Below the pieces are notes generated by a model, which was not told the origin of the DNA, made no database searches, and was given only the letters and a program-made list of their open reading frames with translations. Shown piece after piece: positions 1 to 6,508 of a stretch of 27,980 nucleotides of DNA. Source of the DNA: an uncultured Eubacteriales bacterium (lineage in GTDB: Bacteria; Bacillota; Clostridia; TANB77; RGIG9151); contig CAYYWT010000001.1 of the NCBI GenBank assembly GCA_964475435.1, forward strand, positions 746 to 28,725, in the 5' to 3' direction. How positions within the stretch are numbered: position 1 is the first letter of the stretch; each line of letters opens with the position of its first letter. The translations under genes were made by a program, and so were the position numbers.

Positions 1-1336
1 TTAATTGTTGTTTTTCTTCTAAATTAGGAAGTAATATATCTTTATCATCTTCTGTATTTCCTTCGGTTGTTTCGGTATATAAGGTCATAAATCCCGGGAA
101 TTTTATTTGAGAACCGGAAGCTTTAAATAAATAATCATTAGCAGTTATGTCTATTGATAAAGTTGTAAATATAGCAGGAGTCATTTGACTCGCCATAAAT
201 CTTTCCCAAATTAATTTATATAATTTATATTGCTCATTTGTAAGTGAAGATTTCGCTTCTTCCGGAGTTATTGAAATATATGAAGGACGAATAGCTTCGT
301 GAGCATCTTGAGCGTTTTTCTTTGTTTTATATACATTTGGGGTAGAAGGATAAAAAGAATCTCCGTATCTTTCTAAAATTATTTTTTTAGCTTCTTGTTG
401 AGCCTCAACCGATATACGAGTAGAGTCAGTTCTCATATAGGTTATAAGACCGACAGTTCCGTGACCGGCTATATCTAGTCCTTCGTAAAGCTGTTGTGCA
501 ATCATCATGGTCTTAGATGTTCCATATCCGTATTTCCTGGAAGCTTCTTGTTGAAGCGAACTTGTTATAAACGGGGGAGCAGGGTATTTTCTTTTTTCTC
601 CGGGTTTTATATTCGAAACAGTGTAATTTGCGTTTTTTAATTCCGCAATTATTTTATCTACTTGTGATTTATTTGTTAATTCGACTTTTTTATCAATGTT
701 TCCGTAAAATTTCGCTTCTAAAGTTTTTTTGGATTTTTTATCTTCAAGTTTTGCAATCAATGTCCAATATTCTTCAGGTACAAATTTTTCTATTTCGGCT
801 TCACGATCCGTAATTAATTTTAAAGCTACTGATTGAACTCGTCCGGCACTTAAGCCTTTCTTTACATTTTTCCAAAGAAGCGGACTTATTTTATAACCTA
901 CAATTCTATCTAAGACACGTCTTGCTTGTTGAGCGTCTACTAAGTTCATATCAATATTTCTTGGATTGGCAATAGCTTTTTTTACAGCATTTTCAGTTAT
1001 TTCATTAAAAGTAACTCTTTTTAAATTTTCTTCAGACACATCAAGTAAATGCATAAGATGCCAAGATATAGCTTCTCCTTCACGGTCAGGGTCAGTTGCA
1101 AGAAAAACTTTTTTACTTTTTTTAGCGGCGGTTTTTAATTCTTTTATTAACGCCGCTTTTCCACGTATGTTAATATACTTTGGCTCGAAGTTATTTTCTA
1201 TATCAATTCCGAGTTGACTTTTGGGTAAATCACGAATATGCCCCATTGATGCAAGTACTTTATAATTATTCCCTAAAAATTTTTTTATAGTTTTTGATTT
1301 CGCAGGAGATTCTACAATAATTAAGTAGTTAGCCAT
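1..1336 (-). CDS. topA: DNA topoisomerase I, N-terminal ~445 codons (3' end runs off the window)
   Basis: Minus-strand reading frame open to the window edge, so it is absent from the ORF track. ATG is the reverse complement (rc) of 1334-1336, with a GGAGGA Shine-Dalgarno (SD) at rc 1340-1345. Translation starts MANYLIIVESPAKSKTIKKFLGNNYKVLASMGHIRDLPKSQLGID..., a TOPRIM N-terminus typical of bacterial type IA topoisomerase I. dprA-topA synteny is classical. Confidence 0.9.
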   Translation of the reverse strand, partial: MANYLIIVESPAKSKTIKKFLGNNYKVLASMGHIRDLPKSQLGIDIENNFEPKYINIRGKAALIKELKTAAKKSKKVFLATDPDREGEAISWHLMHLLDVSEENLKRVTFNEITENAVKKAIANPRNIDMNLVDAQQARRVLDRIVGYKISPLLWKNVKKGLSAGRVQSVALKLITDREAEIEKFVPEEYWTLIAKLEDKKSKKTLEAKFYGNIDKKVELTNKSQVDKIIAELKNANYTVSNIKPGEKRKYPAPPFITSSLQQEASRKYGYGTSKTMMIAQQLYEGLDIAGHGTVGLITYMRTDSTRISVEAQQEAKKIILERYGDSFYPSTPNVYKTKKNAQDAHEAIRPSYISITPEEAKSSLTNEQYKLYKLIWERFMASQMTPAIFTTLSIDITANDYLFKASGSQIKFPGFMTLYTETTEGNTEDDKDILLPNLEEKQQL

Positions 1337-1386
1337 AATTTCCTCCAATTCCGTTGCTAAATGAGCAACTCTTATAATTCAAATAG

Positions 1387-1415
1387 AGTGTACATTAAAT
1401 AGAAAAAATATGCAA
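1387..1415 (-). promoter_or_regulatory. candidate sigma-A promoter for topA
   Basis: Minus strand reads TTGCAT (rc 1410-1415), 17-nt spacer, TACACT (rc 1387-1392), about 50 nt upstream of the topA ATG. Sequence match only. Confidence 0.3.
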
Positions 1416-1435
1416 CAATTATTTTTCGACATACA

Positions 1436-1506
1436 TAGAGGGTAAAAAACTCGTTTATCATTTAAATAATGTATTGTACTGTACCAAGCGAAACAAAAAT
1501 TGCTTT
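1436..1506 (+). repeat. truncated copy (A) of the long-hairpin repeat family: left arm plus the first nucleotides of the core only
   Basis: tagagGGTAAAAAACTCGTTTATCATTTAAATAATGTATTGTACTGTACCAAGCGAAACAAAAATTGCTTT aligns with the left arms of copies B (2651-2720) and C (3574-3645). Homology stops at 1506, one base before the dprA stop codon (rc 1507-1509). No right arm is present. Confidence 0.8.
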
Positions 1507-2583
1507 CTAAATATTTATTTGATATTTTTGACCAGGAAGTTGTTTAATATATCCGTTTAATTCTAATATGGTAAGGGTTTCTAAAACTTTGGCTAAAGGA
1601 ATAGTAGTTTTCGTTATTAATGTATCTATTAAGATAGGTTCAAGAGAAAGTAACGAATAAATTTCTTGTTCTGTTTCTGTTAAATTATCCGGTGTAAACA
1701 TACTAAGTTGGGTAGATTTTGGAACAATTTGATTGATTTCGGTATAAATATCTTCAAGTATATCTTGAGCATTTGTTACAATTTTCGCTCCGTCTTTTAT
1801 TAGAGAATTTGTCCCTTCTGAGGAAACATCAAATATGCTTCCCGGAACAGCATATATATTACGCCCGTATTCTCCGGCAAGACCTGCGGTTATCATCGAA
1901 CCGCTTTTTAGTTTTGCTTCAACTACAAGAGTACCAAGCGAAAGCCCTGCTACAATTCTATTTCTTACCGGGAAATTTTGTGGATAAGCTAACATATTTA
2001 TTGGAAATTCGGAAATTACCGCTCCGTTTTCTATTATTTCGTAAAAAAGCTTTTTGTTTTGAGCGGGATAAATTGTATTTATTCCGCTACCTAAAACCGC
2101 GATTGTTCTTCCTTTTTTCGCTAGAGCGTAAGTGTGAGCAAATGTGTCAATTCCAATAGCCATACCGCTTATAATTGTTACTCCTGATAATGCTAATTCA
2201 GAAGCAATTTTTTTGGTAGCGAAATTACCGTATTCTGTGAAGTTTCTTGAGCCGACTATTGAAATCGAGCATTCATCTTTTGGAGAAAGTTCACCTTTAT
2301 AGTAAAGTAGAGGAGGGGGAATAGGAATATGAGATAAGTTTATCGGATAATTTTTTGAATTAAAAGTTAGTAATTTTATATTGTTTTTTAAGCAATAATC
2401 GTATTCATATTTTGCTGTATCTTTTAATTTTTGAGAAAATAATTTACTTTTTATCGCTTCGGATAGCTCAGAATTAGTTTCATTTGAATTAAATACATTT
2501 TCTATGCTTTCATTTTTTAAAAATTCATAAATATCATCATATTTATTAAAAATTTTTGTTAACCATATTAAATATAATTCCAT
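1507..2583 (-). CDS. dprA: DNA processing protein DprA (Smf)
   Basis: ORF 1507..2673. Preferred start is the ATG at rc 2581-2583 (MELYLIWL...), because AAGAGGTG (rc 2591-2598) lies 7 nt upstream and the 30 extra upstream codons reach into repeat copy B (2641-2885). DprA Rossmann-domain signatures: ISIVGSRNFTEYG, SGMAIGIDTFAHTYAL, AVLGSGI, VVEA..KSGSMITA. The C-terminal ...LPGQKY tail is typical of DprA. Confidence 0.9.
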   Translation of the reverse strand: MELYLIWLTKIFNKYDDIYEFLKNESIENVFNSNETNSELSEAIKSKLFSQKLKDTAKYEYDYCLKNNIKLLTFNSKNYPINLSHIPIPPPLLYYKGELSPKDECSISIVGSRNFTEYGNFATKKIASELALSGVTIISGMAIGIDTFAHTYALAKKGRTIAVLGSGINTIYPAQNKKLFYEIIENGAVISEFPINMLAYPQNFPVRNRIVAGLSLGTLVVEAKLKSGSMITAGLAGEYGRNIYAVPGSIFDVSSEGTNSLIKDGAKIVTNAQDILEDIYTEINQIVPKSTQLSMFTPDNLTETEQEIYSLLSLEPILIDTLITKTTIPLAKVLETLTILELNGYIKQLPGQKYQINI

Positions 2584-2640
2584 ACATATACACCTCTTAC
2601 ATATGCTACCATATAAGAGGTAAAATGTAAATACAAAAAA

Positions 2641-2885
2641 ATAAGAAGTGGCTGTAAAAAAGTCGTCTATCATTAAAATGAAGCGTTGTACTGTACCAAG
2701 AGAAACAAAAATTGCTTTTTTGTCCCTCTATGTAATTCATATTTTAAAGGTGTCCAGGATGTGAGCGTAAGCTCCGTTCCGTCCTTTAACTTAGCACTAC
2801 ACTTTCCACAAAAAATATTTTTGTTGAACGAGGTACAGTACGACGCTTTATGGCTTTTGCGACTTTTTTTACAGCCACTTCTTAT
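2641..2885 (+). repeat. full copy (B) of the long-hairpin repeat; its outer stem doubles as a bidirectional terminator-like hairpin between the DUF1858 gene and dprA
   Basis: Outer inverted repeat ATAAGAAGTGGCTGTAAAAAAGTCG (2641-2665) pairs with CGACTTTTTTTACAGCCACTTCTTAT (2860-2885) with a one-nt bulge. Nested stems: 2688-2697/2832-2841, 2704-2712/2817-2825, 2716-2723/2808-2815 and 2744-2750/2783-2789. Tip hairpin is GAGC-GTAA-GCTC at 2763-2774. T-runs flank both sides (rc of 2634-2640; 2886-2889). Confidence 0.95.
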
Positions 2886-2891
2886 TTTAGG

Positions 2892-3089
2892 CTACTTATT
2901 GATTTGAGAAAGTATTTCGTTTACATCTACACCGTGTACTTCACAAGCTTCAAGTAGCGTTTCCATTTGAGCGGAAGGGCACCCAAGACAATGCATTCCC
3001 ATTCCCATAAGAATAGGAGCAGCTTTCTCTCCGCACATTTCCATAATTTCACCGATTGTCATATCAGCAGTAATTTTTTCCATTTTCAT
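2892..3089 (-). CDS. DUF1858-type small redox-disulfide protein (hybrid-cluster-protein-associated family)
   Basis: 65 aa, MKMEKITADMTIGEIMEMCGEKAAPILMGMGMHCLGCPSAQMETLLEACEVHGVDVNEIL. The HCxGCP motif and overall pattern are typical of DUF1858 proteins. SD is AGGCGAG/GAAAGG upstream (rc ~3093-3101). Confidence 0.7.
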   Translation of the reverse strand: MKMEKITADMTIGEIMEMCGEKAAPILMGMGMHCLGCPSAQMETLLEACEVHGVDVNEILSQINK

Positions 3090-3172
3090 CTCGCCTTTCT
3101 AACATAATATGCTAGTATTATATAACGTTTTTAAAAAAATATAAAGTATTTAAAGAAAAAATAAGAAAAGTG

Positions 3173-3201
3173 TAGACAAATGTTAAAAGTTGGAATATAA
3201 T
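3173..3201 (+). promoter_or_regulatory. candidate sigma-A promoter for the 3250 gene (and possibly the downstream locus)
   Basis: TAGACA (3173-3178), 17-nt spacer, TATAAT (3196-3201), 48 nt upstream of the ATG at 3250. Confidence 0.5.
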
Positions 3202-3249
3202 TCTAGTAAATTAATGCATTAATGTTATAAAATGTAAAGGAGGTGACTT

Positions 3250-3567
3250 ATGAAGAAAAAAGTTGCTACAATCTTTACGTTTTGTGTTTTGATGACGACG
3301 GTATCGTTTGCAGCAACATACCCTACCATTATGAATAATTTAAAAAATGCTTTGACTCAAATTCAAGCTTGGCTTATTACTATTGCTACTCCGGCTGCTG
3401 CGATTGGCGTTATTACCGGTGTACTTATAAAAAAATTTAGTTTCGGAGATACTGAAAGAATGCTTACCGGAAGAAGGCTTATTCGATCATGCTTCGTTTC
3501 TTATGGCGTTGTTGTCGGAATTGATCTTATATTAAAGGCGATTACGACTTTTGTTACAAAGAAATAA
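3250..3567 (+). CDS. small secreted two-helix membrane protein, VirB2/TrbC-pilin-like topology
   Basis: Strong SD AAAGGAGGTG (3237-3246). Sec-type signal peptide MKKKVATIFTFCVLMTTVSFA|AT. Mature ~84 aa has two hydrophobic helices (AWLITIATPAAAIGVITGVLI and CFVSYGVVVGIDLILKAITTFV) joined by a basic loop KKFSFGDTERMLTGRRLIRS. The family call is inferred from this architecture only. Confidence 0.55.
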   Translation: MKKKVATIFTFCVLMTTVSFAATYPTIMNNLKNALTQIQAWLITIATPAAAIGVITGVLIKKFSFGDTERMLTGRRLIRSCFVSYGVVVGIDLILKAITTFVTKK

Positions 3568-3573
3568 TTTTTT

Positions 3574-3804
3574 AGAGACTGTAAAAAACTCATTTATTAT
3601 TAGAACAAAGCAATGTACTGTACCAAGAGAGACAAAAATTGCTTTTTTGTCCCTCTATGTAAAACATATTTTAAAGGTGCCCAGGATGTGAGCGTAAGCT
3701 CCGTTCCGTCCTTTAACTTAGCACTACACTTTCCACAAAAAATATTTTTGTTGAGCGAGGTACAGTACATTGCTTTATGAATTTTGTGAGTTTTTACAGT
3801 CTCT
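3574..3804 (+). repeat. full copy (C) of the long-hairpin repeat; its outer stem plus T7 forms a terminator-like structure between the 3250 gene and the 3830 gene
   Basis: AGAGACTGTAAAAAACTCA (3574-3592) pairs with TGAGTTTTTACAGTCTCT (3787-3804) and is followed by TTTTTT (3805-3810). Core 3616-3768 differs from copy B core 2689-2841 at 5 of 153 positions. Tip hairpin GAGC-GTAA-GCTC is at 3690-3701. Confidence 0.95.
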
Positions 3805-3829
3805 TTTTTTAATTAAAGGAGAAAAGAGT

Positions 3830-4651
3830 ATGGAAAAATTAGAGATAATTATTGCGACTCTTATGGTGCTTAAAGAGGCGGGGGAAGAAATTTCAGATTG
3901 GTTTTCGGTATCTATATCCGAAGAATTTTATTCAGCTCTTGATAAAATTACTTTTTTAACAAATAAATCACTTGGACTTTCCGGCAATGGTACGATTACC
4001 GATGCGACTTCTACTCTAGGAGAAGCTACTTGTGGGATTGGTAATTTGATAGTTTGGGGAATTTTACTTTATTATTGCTTTTGCAGTTTGTTTCAATATT
4101 TTTTGTCTAGGGAAGTAGAAATTCCATGGAAAGTTTTTATCAGAAGTATTATTTTCGGAATTTTAATTAATTCATCTTTTTTTATTTGCTACCAAGCAGT
4201 TTATTTTGCTGAAAATATTACGTTATATATTAGTGAGTATTGTGGCGGTAAAACTTCTTTCTCTTATATGGAGACTTTTAGTGATGAATTAGACTTAGAA
4301 ACTGATGAAGGACTTGAAGAAATAAGTATTTTTTCTATGAATGAACTGATAAAAGTATCGGCATATTTTATGACATTTGTTATGAGTGTTACTTTAGGTG
4401 GAAGATTTATTATTATAAAAGCTTTAATAATTTTATCTCCGATATTGTTAGCTTTTGGTTGTAGTAAATTAACTGAGAAAATTTTAACTAAAAGTGGTAA
4501 ATTATTTTTAAAACTTTTGGGTTACCAAATAGTGGTTGTAATAGTTTTAGAAATTTTTAATAATTTAAGTTTTTCAGGAGATGCAATTTTAGAGATTTTG
4601 TTTATTTCTACAATGTTAGTTGCAATAAAATTTGCGAAAAAAATATGCTAA
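3830..4651 (+). CDS. polytopic (5-6 TM) membrane protein, VirB6/TrbL-like
   Basis: ATG at 3830 follows SD AAAGGAGAAAAG (3815-3826). The 20 upstream codons of the tracked ORF (3770-3829) lie inside repeat C. About 95 aa of hydrophilic N-terminus is followed by helices such as GNLIVWGILLYYCFCSLFQYF and FIRSIIFGILINSSFFICYQAVYF. The segment IIKALIILSPILLAFGCSKLTEKILTKSGKLFLKLL resembles the VirB6/TrbL aP-x-lf-x-T-x-f-x-W region. Family call is an inference. Confidence 0.45.
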   Translation: MEKLEIIIATLMVLKEAGEEISDWFSVSISEEFYSALDKITFLTNKSLGLSGNGTITDATSTLGEATCGIGNLIVWGILLYYCFCSLFQYFLSREVEIPWKVFIRSIIFGILINSSFFICYQAVYFAENITLYISEYCGGKTSFSYMETFSDELDLETDEGLEEISIFSMNELIKVSAYFMTFVMSVTLGGRFIIIKALIILSPILLAFGCSKLTEKILTKSGKLFLKLLGYQIVVVIVLEIFNNLSFSGDAILEILFISTMLVAIKFAKKIC

Positions 4652-4712
4652 AACTATTAATTAAATTTACACTAAAGCCGATTAAAAAATTGAGAAAGGT
4701 AGGTAGGTTAAT

Positions 4713-5555
4713 GTGAAAATTTCAAGAGTGAGGCACGTAGTAATAACATGTATTATATTTTTGATTATAATTGCACTTATAATAACGGTGTATAATAATC
4801 GTTTGGAGGCTATTGCCAGAAATACTGAAGAGTATGTTAATAGGGTAGTTGCTACTGAAGATATTACTCCGGGGACTGTTATAACTGAAAAGAATGTTAA
4901 ACTTGTACAAATACAAGATGTTGTTAAGGCTGATGGGTTGGTATATAGACTAAATCAAAGAGATCAAGAAAGAGAAACTGTTGATGCAACTAATGAATAT
5001 AAAAATATGCTTTTAGCTGGTAAAATTAGTCCGTCTGCTTCATCGGACGATAGATGGGCTGTTGGTAAAACTGCTATTAGTACAATACGTAAAGGTGAAT
5101 TACTTATTGTTGATGACTTGAAATTGCCTGAAGATATGACTATGAGCAATGAAAGAATATATAGTATTTCTTTTGATTCATCTACGACTGGTGGATATAA
5201 TGTAAGAGTCGGAGATAAGATTGATATTTGTTTACTATATAATGATAATGAAAAAACTATAAAAGAATATCAAAATTTGGAAAAGAATAAGGCTATTGAT
5301 ATTGTTTTAGCTAAAAAAGAAATTATAGACATTAGGGATGAGGCAGGAAATAGTCAAGTTAATAATTCGGCGGTTGTTCCGGGTTATATATGTTTTAAGT
5401 TAACTTATGATGAAATTAATAAAGTTGAACTTGCTAAGAGACAAGGAAAAGTGTTTGCGGGAATTGTTGAAACATATCTTGATGATGCACATGTTGAAAC
5501 ATTTATGGATGGTGTAGAGTTGCCTACATTCGAAACTGATGATAGTAACTTTTAA
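4713..5555 (+). CDS. cpaB: Flp pilus assembly protein CpaB/RcpC-like (N-terminal TM plus SAF domain)
   Basis: GTG start at 4713 (the ATG at 4711 is out of frame and hits a stop immediately). SD is GAAAGGTAGGTAGG at 4694-4707. TM helix VVITCIIFLIIIALIITVY is followed by the SAF-like stretch RVVATEDITPGTVITEKNVKLVQIQ. Confidence 0.65.
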   Translation: MKISRVRHVVITCIIFLIIIALIITVYNNRLEAIARNTEEYVNRVVATEDITPGTVITEKNVKLVQIQDVVKADGLVYRLNQRDQERETVDATNEYKNMLLAGKISPSASSDDRWAVGKTAISTIRKGELLIVDDLKLPEDMTMSNERIYSISFDSSTTGGYNVRVGDKIDICLLYNDNEKTIKEYQNLEKNKAIDIVLAKKEIIDIRDEAGNSQVNNSAVVPGYICFKLTYDEINKVELAKRQGKVFAGIVETYLDDAHVETFMDGVELPTFETDDSNF

Positions 5556-5590
5556 TTAAATTGTGTAGTTTAGTAATAATTTGTTAAATG

Positions 5591-5612
5591 GGGCGGGGAT
5601 TTTTCACCGCCC
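5591..5612 (+). other. GC-rich intercistronic stem-loop without a U-tract
   Basis: GGGCGGGG (5591-5598) pairs with CACCGCCC (5605-5612), 7 of 8 bp, loop ATTTTT. It is followed by A6, not T, so it is not a canonical intrinsic terminator on either strand. It is conspicuous in otherwise AT-rich DNA. Confidence 0.6.
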
Positions 5613-5642
5613 AAAAAATATATGTTGGAAAGGAAGATATTT

Positions 5643-6488
5643 ATGAACGATAGAAATCCAAAAGTTATTTCTGTTGGAAGCGTAAAACATGGTCAAGGTG
5701 TTACTACACTTGCGTATAATTTGGCATATAAGTTATCTACTTTGTTACCGAAGAAAATACTTATTGTTGATGTTAATTATTTATTTAAGGAAATGAGCTA
5801 TTTAGCTGAACAAAATAATAAAAACGGGATAGATGATTTAATATCTATGGTAAAAACTCAAGAATTGACTCAAGATATTTTTATGTTACATACTGAGGAG
5901 ATAAATAGAAATTTAAGAGTTATTAATTCTACTCAAATTGAAACGCTAGATTATATAAAGAAAAATGATAAGTATTTAATAAAAGTTTTAGATGAAGCAA
6001 AGAAATATTTTGATATTATAATAGTTGATGCATCTGCTGGTGTTAAAAATTCGCTTACTACTGAACTATATGAATATAGTGATGTGTTTGTAAATATCCT
6101 AACTCAGAATGCGTATACAATAGATTGGTATACAAAGCATGAAAATTATAAAGATGATGATAAGATAGTAAATGTAATTAATATGTATGAGGAAGATATA
6201 TATCCTGATTACGGTGATATAAGGAAAGAGTTTAAACTTGAAAATATGGTGTTGCTAAGATATTCTAAGTTATTTAGACATTTCTATAACCAGAAAATTT
6301 TGGACCCTTTTTATAAGACTGAAGATTTATTTAATAATGATTTTTCGCAATTAATTGTAAAAATTGGAGAGAAAATAGAGTTAAAAGATTTATCTAAATT
6401 GGATATTGTAAATGACAATATGTTAATTGATGTAAAATATAATGATAAGAAAAAAGGATTTTTTAGCCGATTGTTTGGCAAAAAATAA
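5643..6488 (+). CDS. ParA/MinD-fold TadZ/CpaE-like protein with a degenerate Walker A
   Basis: Preferred ATG is 5643, 6 nt after GGAAAGGAAG (5627-5636); the alternative is 5622. P-loop region is VISVGSVKHGQGVTTLAYNLA (5676-5708 encodes GSVKHGQGVTT). Walker B-like segment is DIIIVDASAG. It sits immediately upstream of the TadA-type ATPase. Confidence 0.6.
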   Translation: MNDRNPKVISVGSVKHGQGVTTLAYNLAYKLSTLLPKKILIVDVNYLFKEMSYLAEQNNKNGIDDLISMVKTQELTQDIFMLHTEEINRNLRVINSTQIETLDYIKKNDKYLIKVLDEAKKYFDIIIVDASAGVKNSLTTELYEYSDVFVNILTQNAYTIDWYTKHENYKDDDKIVNVINMYEEDIYPDYGDIRKEFKLENMVLLRYSKLFRHFYNQKILDPFYKTEDLFNNDFSQLIVKIGEKIELKDLSKLDIVNDNMLIDVKYNDKKKGFFSRLFGKK

Positions 6489-6508
6489 ACTTTTCGGAGG
6501 GGAGAGTT

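Noticed and set aside
1507-1560. Apparent similarity (ATATTTT...CCAGGA.GT) between the dprA 3' end and the repeat core
   Set aside because: The CCAGGA comes from the conserved DprA C-terminal LPG codons. The match is short and gapped and is most likely coincidental.
628-2159. Plus-strand ORFs 628..813, 966..1217 and 1773..2159
   Set aside because: They are antisense shadows of topA and dprA with low-complexity translations.
2584-2673. 30-codon N-terminal extension of the dprA ORF
   Set aside because: The extension reaches into repeat copy B and has no ribosome-binding site. The internal ATG at 2583 has a good AAGAGGTG SD and gives a normal DprA N-terminus.
2686-2907. 73-aa plus-strand ORF in the track (MYCTKRNKN...)
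   Set aside because: It lies entirely inside repeat copy B and its flank. It has no SD, and the equivalent frame is not preserved in copy C. It is best explained as a chance ORF across a structured non-coding element.
2641-3804. Direct repeats B and C as a diversity-generating retroelement TR/VR pair, a retron msr/msd, or a CRISPR-like array
   Set aside because: No reverse transcriptase or cas gene is in the window. The repeats are non-coding, and their differences are not adenine-specific. There are only two full copies at ~230-245 nt each with irregular spacing, which is incompatible with CRISPR. The long perfect hairpin could superficially resemble an msd, but there is no adjacent RT.
3770-3829. 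20-codon N-terminal extension of the 3830 gene
   Set aside because: It lies inside the right arm of repeat C and has no SD. The ATG at 3830 is preceded by AAAGGAGAAAAG.
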